Shown piece by piece: positions 50,701-62,623 of a stretch of 64,000 nucleotides of DNA. The notes under the pieces are model-generated. The model did not search any database. It saw nothing but the letters and a program-made list of their open reading frames with translations, and was not told the DNA's origin. The position numbers and the translations under genes were made by a program. Source of the stretch: Phoronis australis (Eukaryota; Animalia; Phoronida); contig NMRA01000152.1 in assembly GCA_002633005.1 (NCBI GenBank), forward strand, positions 702,707 through 766,706, in the 5' to 3' direction. Numbering within the stretch: the first letter of the stretch is position 1; each line of letters begins with the position of its first letter.

Positions 50701-53700
50701 TAGCGAGGTCCTAGCGTTACTGAACGGGAGGCTGGTTTAGCCAAGTAATTATGTGCGTATCACAGTTATAGCAATAATTTACAGAAATTATCTCAGTAAC
50801 TAACAGTTGTGTGTATATTTTCGGAGGCTTCCTATTTCTGCTCCACTCGGTGGATTTTCCCGACAGATGGCGGTTCGCTAAGAGCCTCTAATTTGTCCAC
50901 TAAGTTCAATAGTTAAACATGCATTTCTCCCCTTTGAACAGGCTTAAAAACGAATATCGAATGCGACTTTTTACTTCCGTTGAACTAGTCTCTAATATTC
51001 CTTTCCGTAATAGGATGACATTTCTGTTACAAAAAGTACTTCAAAACTATCAGCGACTAAGTCAGGCGTGGCGCATACGTGTACATAGTCTTTGATACAC
51101 CAAATATAACAATAAACACTTTCTTGTGGAAACGTGTGCATTCAACTATGAGCCAAACGTGCTCCTTCTAAAGATGCCGAAGTAGCCTGTGCCACGGTTG
51201 CAAGATATCGCATGGCATCTCTTCGTAGGGCTCAAGTTTTTGATTATGAAGTACCTTGCTCTACCTAAATGTAGATATAGATTTTCAGTGAAACGCAAGA
51301 CATCTTGCGAGAAATAGCAACTGAAACAGAAGCGAGAAATTTGCTACCTAGTGAAAAATTTTGGTTCATAATTTGATGCGTACTTTCACAAATCCGTTAA
51401 TTTGAGCTCACAGTGACCGGAAACAAGCAGCGCCAACGATATATCTTCCTTTTTGTGAAAGACATGGACAGTTTCTGAACATGACCTTAGGTCGGACTAG
51501 GTCCCTTCTCCCTACACCAAATGGTCGTTTAAGACTAATCAAATCAAATCTACAAATCTACCAAAACATACTTCGCAAATCTGTCGTCACCGTTTTTAGT
51601 GTTGCGGAAATTTATACTTAAAGCGACATTATCGACTAGAAAAGAGATTTTCCGAGATCAGTCTCGGCGAGGAACCGAACCTGCCACTCCCTCGGATGTA
51701 GTGTAACGTAACGTTGTCCTGTAGGTGCTAAAATCCCAATCGATAAGTGACAGAACATTTTACGCGCAATTATATGGAAAAGTTGCCAACCTCGTCGGAT
51801 TTCTGCAATTGTCTGACAGACAACGACGAGAACTGTCGATATGTAATGAAATCACAAATCACAACCGGATTATGTTGCTTTAATACTCTATTCGAAGCTA
51901 AAAATTTCAAGAGGTCTCCCATCCAACAATAATGCTACAGATGTGTTTTTTAGCCGTGAAACCGACAAATTCTTTTTCAGACGGATAATAAAAATCATTT
52001 CATTTTAGGGGGGAATCTACTACCTTACTTTGATGGACTGGTACTCTGCTGGATTCTCTCTCATGATCGTCTCCTTCTTCGAAATCGTCGTCATCATGTG
52101 GATCTATGGTAAGCGAGGGTCACGTGGTTAAACCTCTTCCCCTTGGAGGTCATTTGCGTTCTTCGTTGGAGCATGGTACATGTACTCGTCGTTTCTGACG
52201 ACCACAGTTGAATAGTGTATGTCAAACCTTCGAATAGTCGCAAACGACTGTATACAATATAAAATTGAAGATGATTTTGTCAGGTGTTTATTTCACAACG
52301 CGTCATTTCAGATTTCCGACGTTTCATGGAGGACATCAAACTTATGATTGGCTTTAAGCCCAATCCGTATTGGCTTGTTTGCTGGGTCGTCCTCACGCCA
52401 GTTACAATTTTGGTAAGTAGAATTCACCGATAAATAACAAAAATGAGTTATTGGTTTTTTCGAATTTTGCCATGGTCAGCTTGAAATTGATGCTACTAGG
52501 TTCGACAATGAAATGCAACATATTTTTCTTAATTAAAATCAGCGTGATGGATTTTAATCGCAAGTCTATATAACTAGACTTTAAAACGGAATCACGGAAC
52601 AGAACTTATGTGTAATTATCATTGAAGCTACGCTAATTACAACTTATTTTTACTGTGGTGAAGTTTGACATTTTAGGCCTAGAGCAGACGATGATATGTG
52701 CGTGAAAAAGATGTGTAGCTTACGTCTGTGTCAACTGATGAACTGTGCAATGAGGTGTTTTCCTTGCCAGACAGAGAGGCAAATCTCTCCCTCCCTCCCT
52801 CCGTCCCTTCCCCCCCTCCGTCCCTCCCTCCCTCCGTCCCTCCCTCCCTCCTTCTCTCTCTCTCATTTGTTTGATCTTCAACTCTCGAGCCGAAATCCTC
52901 ATAGTAGGGGAGGGGCGAGATGCGCTGCAAAATGTTTGGCTGATTAATCAGTCACGTCATGAAGGCCCATACCTTCCAGGGTGGGAGGCTTCCCGCGGAA
53001 AGAGAGCCCTGCCTTCCAGGGTGGGGGGAGGGTCCGGTGGGTGGAGGTGCTCTTGCTTGCAGCTTTCTGTGTGCCCCAGTTCCTTAGAGGGCTAATCTTC
53101 GTTTGAACTCATACCTCGAAATATCAACCTAATTCTTTAGCGGTTATCTTTAGAGCTCGTACCTTCTAATCTTTCGACTTAAAGAACATCAAACATGTAA
53201 TTATTTTCTTCACTTACAGTTCATCATCGGCTTCAGTGCCTATGATTACACCCCAGCTTCCTACGGCAAATACCAATATCCTGAGTGGGGGAACGCCCTT
53301 GGCTGGCTCATGGTGTTTACGTCTCTCATTGCCGTGCCTGTGATGGCGATCATCAAATATTTTCAGCATTCAAGACTGTTCCCGGTAAGTCGGAAATAAA
53401 ATTTTGCCTAACCGAAAAATCAAATGGCGACGGTACAAACATAAATTATAGGTAGTACATTTTCTATTGCATCAATAACTGTTCCTTGAAACACGATTAT
53501 TAGACTCCTGCAATGAAAATACCTGACAGGTGTAAAGCTCAGTCAACTTAAAAAAATTTGACTCATCTAGAATGTGCTGTTAGAACCTTTGACTAGTTTC
53601 GGAATCTCTTTTCTGCAACAACTCGCCAGGTACACAAATATTTCAGTAAAGAAGTAACCATTGCACTTCACGTAACACTGTTTGTTAATCTACATCTCAC

Positions 53701-54022
53701 TCAACTTCGAAAACCTTTCCTTCAGAGTTGTTGAGACGGCCAAACTTGCTACCATGATCACTCCGTTACTTAGTTACGTAAGTAGAGTGACTCGGACGTT
53801 CAAAAGTTCGATTACCATCAGTTGTTTTGTTTGTACACTCATGACTATCAACCTTGTTTACAGGGTAGAGTTTGGTCAAGCTTGTTCCGCCCGTTAAAAG
53901 AATGGGGGCCCGCCACAAAGAACTTGAAGTACGTCAGCAGTAGCGACTACGAACTGAAGGCCAAGGAAGCATACGACAATCCCGCCTTGTCCTATTCGAC
54001 CAACACGATGAATCAAATATAA
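32672..54022 (+). CDS. SLC6 Na+/Cl- dependent amino-acid transporter, glycine-transporter-like (GlyT1/GlyT2 group); 15 coding exons, 639 aa
   Basis: Exons 32672-32767, 41542-41692, 42764-42895, 43532-43705, 46084-46177, 47079-47211, 47691-47825, 48229-48332, 48769-48893, 49827-49939, 50340-50477, 52009-52108, 52312-52412, 53220-53384, 53864-54022 total 1920 nt. All phases are compatible and there are no internal stops. Motifs: [117 protein letters not shown]. Exon 1 is the least certain. Confidence 0.95.
41542..41692 (+). CDS. SLC6 exon 2 (TM1)
   Basis: cttcag|[41 protein letters not shown]|gtaagc. Confidence 0.96.
42764..42895 (+). CDS. SLC6 exon 3 (TM2)
   Basis: [44 protein letters not shown] with AG/GT boundaries. 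Confidence 0.96.
43532..43705 (+). CDS. SLC6 exon 4 (TM3 and start of EL2)
   Basis: [50 protein letters not shown]..|gtgagt. Confidence 0.95.
46084..46177 (+). CDS. SLC6 exon 5 (EL2)
   Basis: [31 protein letters not shown]; phase 1 in and phase 2 out, as the neighbouring exons require. Confidence 0.88.
47079..47211 (+). CDS. SLC6 exon 6 (TM4)
   Basis: [44 protein letters not shown]. Confidence 0.96.
47691..47825 (+). CDS. SLC6 exon 7 (TM5), GC donor
   Basis: [45 protein letters not shown]|gcaaga. Confidence 0.93.
48229..48332 (+). CDS. SLC6 exon 8 (TM6)
   Basis: [34 protein letters not shown]. Confidence 0.96.
48464..48579. mobile_element. 116-bp hAT-type MITE in an intron
   Basis: TIRs CAGTGGTGTAG and CTACAACACTG (10/11). 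Flanks ATTGCTAC and ATTGGTAC form an 8-bp TSD matching 7/8. Confidence 0.75.
48769..48893 (+). CDS. SLC6 exon 9 (TM7)
   Basis: [41 protein letters not shown]. Confidence 0.96.
49419..49576 (-). mobile_element. hAT-like MITE with 5-bp TSD (ATTAT)
   Basis: Ends CAGTGACGGTTTTAG and CCTGGATCCGTCCCTG, flanked by ATTAT on both sides. Inverted relative of 31682-31845. Confidence 0.72.
49827..49939 (+). CDS. SLC6 exon 10 (TM8)
   Basis: [38 protein letters not shown]|gtgagt. Confidence 0.96.
50340..50477 (+). CDS. SLC6 exon 11 (TM9)
   Basis: [46 protein letters not shown] with an AAG acceptor. Confidence 0.93.
50592..50732. mobile_element. ~140-bp MITE (copy 2 of 20286-20437), intronic
   Basis: Same TIRs and core (GTCAAAGTCACGTG..CACGGCAATATCTCACGTAATCTCG). 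Confidence 0.85.
52009..52108 (+). CDS. SLC6 exon 12 (TM10)
   Basis: [33 protein letters not shown]. Confidence 0.96.
52312..52412 (+). CDS. SLC6 exon 13 (TM11)
   Basis: [33 protein letters not shown]. Confidence 0.95.
52785..52864. repeat. (CCCT)n-like polypyrimidine microsatellite
   Basis: Visible directly in the sequence. Confidence 0.92.
53220..53384 (+). CDS. SLC6 exon 14 (TM12)
   Basis: [55 protein letters not shown]. Confidence 0.95.
53864..54022 (+). CDS. SLC6 exon 15 (C-terminus)
   Basis: [33 protein letters not shown]. Confidence 0.92.
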   Translation, partial: GRVWSSLFRPLKEWGPATKNLKYVSSSDYELKAKEAYDNPALSYSTNTMNQI

Positions 54023-57000
54023 ACGCAGCCTGATTGGCTGTGTTTAAGTGACGTCATAGGCTGTGATAGACGCTTTACTATTCCCGCGTTCACCAAGTGC
54101 GCCGTGAGCAACGCAAAACGTTCTCTGCACAAACATTTCTGATCCAGTCCTTATTAAAAATCAGAGTTTATTACCAGGGATGAAGGATTATTGGACAGTC
54201 ATTTAAACGCCATCTTTAGGCGTGCATTGGTTATGCTACTGCCAACAGACGACATATAACGCACTTCAAAAGATTTTGGCACAGTTCTTTGTAGAAAATT
54301 CATACTTTTCTATTTCTTAAAATTTCAAGAGCATAATATATTGTGTGGTTTTATAGTCTTCAGCATTGAAGTCAGAAGGAACAGGCAAATTCAAACAACT
54401 GAATTGTAATTTTAAATGAGGGATTTTAAATGATTTTATTGTTGTTGTAGAGTCAAGTCATTTTAAAATTATTATTATAAGTTCAAACAGTTGTTATATG
54501 ATGCAATTTACTTGTACTATTTAATATTGAAAACAGACATTCCAAGAACTTGACAAATTAAGGAAAATACCGTCATTGAAGTTCGTGATCTTATAAATTG
54601 TGACATTCCTAAAAGAAAGTTCAGGAAGAATAGCAGTTTTTTTAGAAATGCAAATTGCATATAAACTTTTCACGAAGAAAATTATTTTAATGTTTACACA
54701 GTTTCATAAATACTTGTAGAATAATGTAATGGATTACTGTTTGACATAATATTGGTAAAATTATAATCTCTATTTAACCGGTACTCTTGTAGCATGCAGG
54801 GATACCTCTGACCGAATTCTTTTTTGTAAGAAATGTAATCAGTATCATTAGTCATTTTAATGAAGATATGTCAAGGTTAGCTGCACTATTGTGAACGCAT
54901 TTTACACCATACAGTGTACGTGAGATTGTATAGATATTCAAAACATTCCTTACAATTTCCGGTTCCTCTTACGAAACATTATTTAATGATGTGTTTTTAT
55001 CTTTCTAGCATTGTGTATATTTTAATATATCTTTGCTTTTACTTTCACATCCATTATGTAGATTTGTTTTTAAACTTACCGTGCACTCCATGGGTCCTGT
55101 TTTTGGGCAGAAAAAACGGCATAATTGGTTTTGGTTCGCGCCCGACTCGTTTTGAAACCTGCGCGTCAAAGCTGGCATCAGGTGGCGATGGGGGTAAAAA
55201 GAAAATATTTACTGTCCTTATAAGCTGGCGTCAAGTGATCCTGGGGTAAAAAGAATGATCTCAACCCATTTTAACTAAAAATATACTGCACCACGTTATC
55301 AATTAAAAAAACCAGTTATGCTATTTTTGGCCTTGTATAACTTTAATAAAACTTTATTAAAACTCCCATTTGAAATTTTATTTATGCTCAGTGGCCGGAC
55401 TTGGACGAAACTTGCAAAGGCATATAATGTATGACACCCACTAGAATCGTTGATATGCGGTGTAAATTGACAATTTGAAGGACTGGTAGGTAGATTTGGG
55501 GACGTTGAAATCATTAGCAATGTATGTCGATTAAGGGATAGCCTTGGAGGCAAACGGCTAATGTGCAACCCGGGCTAAAACCAGATTTTAAAAACTGGTG
55601 ACTGTCTGATGTGGAAAGATTCGTTTAGTTTAGATGGCAGTATAACACAGTACGAATTAATGGCGAAAACAAAGCACCAGATAAGCCACGAAAACGGAAG
55701 TGATGCATTATGAAAAAACACGAGTACATGGATTATGCAGGAAAGTTTTAAACACTTATACTCATTGGGTCCAAGATACAAAAGTAGTGAAGATAACCTC
55801 AGACAATTATACACAAGTGTATAGTAAATTACTTTACGAAAAATAAATGACACAGCGTTGTTAAATGACCAATGAAATAACGAAAAGAACAATCGCGATG
55901 GTTGCACAGCAGAGTAAACTGGATCCCACATCCAATCAGGGCCTCCCATGTGGTGCTTCAAGTGAATTTCATTTTATTTCGTTTTCTACCCATTACCTGT
56001 GTTTACGAACCGTGACTTGTACTTTAAATTTGAATCTTTACGGATAACTTTAAGTAAGATATTTCGTCGTTTAAAATCATATTATCATTAAAATGGGAAA
56101 GAACACGAGCCACAGAACTTCCAAAAAAGTTCTTTTTTAAAGTACAAATCACGGTTTGTAAAAATGAGCAACAAAGCAGTTACATACCGCAGTTACGCCC
56201 CCCCCCCACAGGCCCTATTGTGGCTGCACACAGTAGGGCATTGAACTTCATGGATACGTGAACATCAGAACCAAACGGCCTAAGCTTATACGGGGATTTT
56301 TACATGAATATGAATTAAGACTTAAAAGTCAGAAATTTGTTCTTGTGTTCCAGTTTTACAATTTCTCAATAAGGGCAATACATATAATCACTTTATAAGC
56401 ATGTTGAATATGAATTGTATTTGTCAAATGTAGCGGAACAAACAACTCTGTATTATTCGTAAGTGCAATGGTTGTAAAATGAGATAATTCATCGCATTTT
56501 CAGGTCTTCCTCCAAACTTGTATTTCATTTGATTCTCTTCTAAGGGCACAAACCCTAAAACACAATTATTAATTCATAAAAAATATTCCACGAAGAACTC
56601 TACATCGTGTGAAATTTTCTTCTTGTTGTTTCGCACTGCTGAAACCGTTACAATATGCAATTATTCATCTCTGAGTCATTAAATAAGTTTGATGAGATTT
56701 CTCCCCTAAATAAATGGAGGCTACACTCCAATGAAAGAAGACGAGCAATGCACCACAACAAGAAAGTAAGTAGTTTATTTACCTCGGTGCCACTCACTAT
56801 TCCCTTGTAGATGACCAACTCGCAAACAGGCTGAGAAAGATAGACAAAGTCTGTCACACCAAAATCCCATTAAAACTGTTATAGACCAAGGAAATGTCTA
56901 CAAATTTCAAAATCTTATCGAAGTAGCAGGTGACTGATCTTACAAACTGCACTAAAAATTGATTGGAGAAAATGATCGAGGATCTCCGCAGTAAAATAAA

Positions 57001-59907
57001 ACATAGGGCAGTCCCATGTTACACAGCGTCACTCGAATCTCGCTGTATTTACCCACAATGCCGTAAACACCCGCTTGGCACTTTTGCTGCCTCATTTTCA
57101 TGCCACTGGAGTTTCACATGTTATTTGTTGTTGACTGATGCTTTACACGCTTTTCTCGGTTGCACGACAATATTCGTCCTTCCAATGCCAACGAAGTGCT
57201 GTGCTTATGGGCAGCAACTCCGACGTGAAAAAGTTTAGAACAAACTGGACAAACGCCCATGAATGTGTGATCTGAAATTCACCGCCTTCCCAACATCAAT
57301 GAGATACACGAAAATGTGCCTGATATCCAAAACTAGGCTACGCGCTTTTTACTCTTAATCTCCGGGACAAAAGAGAGTTTTGCATTTCTATAATCACTCA
57401 ACCCCCCGGCCCAAAATGGTGTACAGTAGTGTCGGATCATTGTTTAACACTTCCTAAGGTTTGCCTGTAACCAGGCTTAGACCATATCTTGATTGCTAAT
57501 AGACATTTTCCTCATTCACGGAAATTGGAACAGAAACAATGTCAAAATAATCGTTCTGCAAGAGCATCGCGAAATGTTAATGTGGGGCACACCGTATGCA
57601 TCACAGATACAAGGAATTATCGCGTTATTGCAAGCATTCCTACCGGAAGGAAGTAGTTCGAGCAAGTCCATAAAGCTCTCTTGTAACAAGACCACACCAA
57701 CCCCCTCATGATTCTGGAAGCAGTTTGGAGGTCGGACGAATGTCGGTGAACAGGCACAAAAACAATAGGAGGTGTAACGTAGGTCAAATCGGAAACAAGA
57801 CAAGTGGTGTCGCACAATTTTGAGTTTTATGAAACATTGGTTAGGGTGAGAATAATTTAGTTTGAATCAGAACAATGTCAGACACAGACAAAAAGATATT
57901 TCACGGCCTCGGTCATACTTAGTACTTAACGGCGTACTTTTCGTTCTTTAGTGCCGGAGGGGAACCACTTCCGCAGCAGTCGGGTTCTCGCGGAAATCGA
58001 AAAAAACGATATACCCGCTTTCCTCGGAGCTTCATATCAGAATACACTCAGCTGAAGAACAACTGATGTCGCTGCGTCGTGTACTCACCTTCTTCACAGG
58101 TTAACGCGACACCTTGCGGTTAGGTGAGATCAGAGCACTATACGTGGAGGTGATGTGGATATAGACCGATTAAGACGGTTACAAAAACTAATTAAATCTG
58201 GAAGCAGTCTCCTTTAATACGTCCATAATCATTTGTGTTTATAATATTCAGTTTTGTCAGGTAGTTACAATGAGCTATATACGGTATTCTGAGTATCTTA
58301 TTACCTGTATACTATACAATTGTCCATATGGATTTTTTCAGTTTACGTTGTTGATGGCAAGCAAGTATATGTATAGTGAATCGACTTGTGTTGTTCGTTA
58401 ACCCCCGTTGTGCCAGAACAATTGTTTATTACGTTTTGTCATCATGTATTTGAGTGGAGAATGGCGTGATTAAATTCAGGTAGACGCAGAGCCGTTGTAT
58501 TGGTATTTCTGGTAGTGCAGAAGACTGAAGTGTGTACCCAATGAGATCCACGGTAACAGTAAAACTGAAAATGGGTCAGCCACTGGAGAGAGACAAGACA
58601 AATGTTGAGGTATGAGCCTTCCCGGCATAAGGGGGCACAGAACAGTTCTCAAAGGGGTTTGCTTATCAGAACACACGTCAATGGACTTGACACCCTTTAT
58701 TCAATCTGTCGACTGGAAACTGTGTGCAAAGAACGAAAGGTGTCGAGTCTTTTCACATCACAAACCCCACATATGAGCACAGAAACTAAAACTTTTACTC
58801 TCTTGATGCTTGACTGTTTCACTGACTCCAACTGAGAAGCAAGGTAGACACAAAACGCAAAATACGCACTTTTCACCTCAAAACCACCACTTAATTCCCT
58901 GCCGATGCTTGAAAGCCAATATTAGATTCTAAAAGCAAATTTCCTACCAATTCCAAAAGGTGCCAGGCCCAAAAGTAATGTCAAGGGGCCGCCATCTTGG
59001 AGAAGAGTGCAGCTAAAGCCGAGCAAGTGATCTTTTTTCATTCTCAACATCTTCTCAAATACAAACAAATCACATTCACTTAGCTTACATGCAATACCTA
59101 CCTAAAATGCCCCTAAGCCTAGCCTACCCCTAGATTTTAATATTTTGGGAATGCAAATTGGCCGCGGCCGCAGCCTGACTGGTTAGTGCCACCTAAGGTA
59201 AATAAACAAATATGGCCTACATAAATACATTTAGGATTATGTAACATGCAATTCAGGCCCAGTAGTCTCCAACTCGATTCCCGTGACCGGGGTTGGGGAC
59301 GCCAAAAGCCTCCATACTTGCTTCTATTTCATCATTTGACTTCATCGTGACAGTATATGCTCCGTTCACACTACAGGCTATTGCATAAACCGGCCTTCAG
59401 TGACAAATATAGCGACAGTTAGTTTTGATTTAGATCACTCATCTCTATCAAAGTGGCCTAATAAGTGATGAACAAAAAGATGTGATTTCTGTGAATGGAA
59501 TGAAGTGACACCTCGTTATTGTTTGAGACCATGACCTACAAGTTAATTCGTCACGCCATGTCATTATTTTCTCGCAACAGGGTCTCAACCAGTGTTTTGT
59601 AAGATTAAAAATCTCTTCGAGAAAGGAACAACTGAGTTGAGACCAAGTTTGATGGCGGCAAGTTCAAAAGTTCGTTTTTGTGACGGAACATAGGTTTTTA
59701 AGTTTCAATTGCCGGGACGTCACTTCTATCGATATGGCGGTGGATATTTCAAATAACATGAATGAACGATTGCACGACATCTACAGGTTTGCTGTAGCTA
59801 CTGTACGGCGCTCCATCACAAACCACATCAAGGTCGCCTCCATTATCGTACAAACATAAGTTTCAGTGAGTGATGGTGCCTGGGGTGGATACGAGGATCG
59901 GTTAGAT

Positions 59908-61197
59908 TCAAGGGGCAGTGGCTCCATTCATGGGCAAGTACCCAAATATCTTGTACAAATCCTTGCATTCTCTGTCGATAATATTCACGGAGCTAAGCGT
60001 TATAATTGTCTTCCACCGCGATGCTGTTTCAGTGGCATTTTTTCTGTATGTTTTGTACGAGTGAGTACATAACTTTTTCCTGTCTTTGTTTCCGGTCTCA
60101 CAATATGGGAGCAGGCCAGTGGACTCCCTTACATAATTTGCCACAGATTCGGGCAGGGAGAGACTTATGAAATTATACAGATCTTTGGCAGATATCACCG
60201 GTCTTGAAACTACAGTTTCATACTTGAGTCGCATTATGCTGACCTCTGATAATTTTTTGGAAGTCTGGTAATCTTCGAAGATGTCCTTGCACAAGAATGT
60301 TATGTCTTCGTGACGCTGTATTCTACGAAGCCGTCGTCGTGAAACACTGACTCCTCGCGGGTCACGAATTAAATGAACTATCCTCGTATCAGGGACACGT
60401 TTCAGCGCCGCAATGGCGCCTCTCATCGAGAGGCGGACAACCTTGATCACACGAACAGGAGCCTGTTCACAGGCAATTTTTGCTAAACCAATGCAGCGTT
60501 GATAGGAGTATATCTTCACATTATCTAAGCACCTGTAAAAATGCACTAAGGATTTTTGAGTGTCTTGTCTCCTCTGTGCTCGGTAACTAAGGATTTGTCG
60601 TGGTAAGGAATCGAAATTACATGTAAATAGGTTTACGATTACTGAGCTGTCCAAACCTGAGCGATATTTAAGTCCCGTATAAGGTTCGTAGACATAAAAA
60701 GATTTTGGGTACCTGCCGTAAATACTAGTAACAAATGAGGATCCACTTCTCATGTACGACAACACTAAAACCTTTCTTGCGTCAGTACTGCCGCCCACTT
60801 CTGTTGGGAATTCTTCCTCAGTGGTGTACACACTTAGTGCGCTAGGTCCGCCGCAAAGGCCTGGAAGTCCTTGGGTGCAGCGGCTCGTGCATTTGCCTGG
60901 CATTGGACGGTAATCGCCGACAGTTTTGCCACACCAACAGAAATTGCCGTTGCGGACTCCAGCGTATGGCTCACTCTTAGCTCGACAGTAATCAACGCAT
61001 TGTGAAATGTTCATGACTTCAACGTCTATCTCTGCTTCAATAAACCAACAACCCAGGTGAAAGTGAGAAACAGATCGCTGCAGCAGGTTTTGCTGTTTTT
61101 CGCGTGTCATGCTCCGAGATGAATACATTTTCCACAATAGCAGTCCCCAACAAAATAAGACCACCAAAAGGCAACTTTTTTTTTTAATCCACGTCAT
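59908..61197 (-). CDS. Intronless type II membrane WSC-domain carbohydrate sulfotransferase (CHST1/GlcNAc6ST-like catalytic domain), ~429 aa
   Basis: MTWIKKK plus a hydrophobic anchor (CLLVVLFCWGLLLW), a WSC domain (LGCW..CVDYC..YAGVRNGNFCWCG..C...C..CGG..ALSVY), a 5'-PSB VLVLSYMRSGSSF, FYVYEP, a 3'-PB IVHLIRDPRGVSVSR, LKYE and a C-terminal W..C..FGY. The frame is open throughout. Confidence 0.92.
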   Translation of the reverse strand: MTWIKKKSCLLVVLFCWGLLLWKMYSSRSMTREKQQNLLQRSVSHFHLGCWFIEAEIDVEVMNISQCVDYCRAKSEPYAGVRNGNFCWCGKTVGDYRPMPGKCTSRCTQGLPGLCGGPSALSVYTTEEEFPTEVGGSTDARKVLVLSYMRSGSSFVTSIYGRYPKSFYVYEPYTGLKYRSGLDSSVIVNLFTCNFDSLPRQILSYRAQRRQDTQKSLVHFYRCLDNVKIYSYQRCIGLAKIACEQAPVRVIKVVRLSMRGAIAALKRVPDTRIVHLIRDPRGVSVSRRRLRRIQRHEDITFLCKDIFEDYQTSKKLSEVSIMRLKYETVVSRPVISAKDLYNFISLSLPESVANYVRESTGLLPYCETGNKDRKKLCTHSYKTYRKNATETASRWKTIITLSSVNIIDRECKDLYKIFGYLPMNGATAP

Positions 61198-61589
61198 AGC
61201 TTGATGACGTGCTCGCACAATCCAAATAAAGGATTTCCTAATTGGAGCGTTTTATATACAATCGTTTCACCTGCTCTTTCGCAATATTTCGTTTCAAACG
61301 ACATGTGCCTCAGGGTTGATAAACTTTTTAATTTCATAATATGGTACAGCCCCATTCTGCCTTATGCTTGGATATGAGACCCACGATGCCTCTCGTTTCC
61401 TAATCAACTCATGGCATTTTCAACCAATAGGCATTTTTACGAGGGCAACCTCATTACTGTCCAGTGTGTTGCAAATGAAAATTAGTTGTAAAACCGTAGA
61501 ACTTGTTCAGGTCCCACTTTTTATTACTGAGTACTTGCAAGCGAAGCTCGAAAAGCAATGAGCGTTATTTAAGCCACTCTGTCAAACCT

Positions 61590-62477
61590 TAACTGTTCTT
61601 CCCAAACAGTGCATTTTAAACTCCTTGACTCCATGAAGGTGCCCATATTAACATATGGTGCAGACTTATGTGCGATCTATTGAAAAAGTTCATAATGATT
61701 TCTATAAATACCTTCTGAGATTGAGTATTAAAACGTCGAATGCTATTGCTCGCAGTGAATGTGGGAGAGAATTGTTAACTACAAAATATATGTGTAAACC
61801 GATTATCTATTGGACAAAATACTTGATATGGGGGAACATAGGTACCCGCTGAAGTGCTATAATGTGCTTAAGGAACAAGGTGAAAACGGTAATTATAACT
61901 AGGCACACCGTGTCAAAGAAATTTTGTAAAGGTACGGTTATGGAGAGGTGTGGTAATTCGGCCCAGGTAATGGTGTTGAATTTATTATGGTATTCAAGCA
62001 GAGGTTACTAGATTGTGAGTACAGGAATAGCAACTGGAAATAAGTAGTTGAAATAAATATGACTTTTATAGTCTTATTAAACGTGATCTTGTTACCGATG
62101 AATATGTGAATTGTTTAAGCGCTTATTCGAGAAGGTTGACACAAGGGTATTCCTAGAAGTGAGAGAATATCCTGCGTATGCAGTATAGGTGAAATTGAAG
62201 GTGAGTCTCATTTCATGTGTCGATGCCCTGTTCTTGGAGACCCTACAAAAAATCTTTTACCAGAACTTGTGAATACTGACTCTTCTCTTGTTAGGTTATT
62301 CCAACAAAAAAACCATGACAGTATCCAACGCCTTGCATTGTATATTCGGAAGGTTATGGGTTTTTAAGAGAAGAATTGCTCTCTGCGTAAATACTCTGAA
62401 TATACATTTGAATTTATGTATTAATGGGTAGGCAATGCCTACGATGTACAATAAATGATGATGATGATGATGATAAT
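61590..62477 (+). mobile_element. Decayed 3' end of a non-LTR retrotransposon (CR1/L2-group-like)
   Basis: Broken frames give LLDSMKVPILTYGA..IEKVHNDFYKYLLRL..TSNAIARSECGR..YW and a C-terminal C..C..EGESHFMCRCP zinc-finger-like motif. It ends with AATAAA followed by an (ATG)n tail at ~62451-62477. Confidence 0.8.
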
Positions 62478-62623
62478 ATAATTACTGATACAGAGTGACC
62501 GTAACCTATTTGATAAATCGAAACTGAATTTGAATGTGACTGGTACGAGTTGCACTGAGAACGGCGCACTTTGATTTAGATTTCCTTTGCCACGTGTGCG
62601 CATAGTATTGATTGTAAAAGATG

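Noticed and set aside
59908-61218. Gene symbol WSCD1/2 or a specific CHST number, and the GTG start at 61218
   Set aside because: Catalytic motifs are not WSCD-type and orthology cannot be set by eye. The first in-frame ATG is at 61197.
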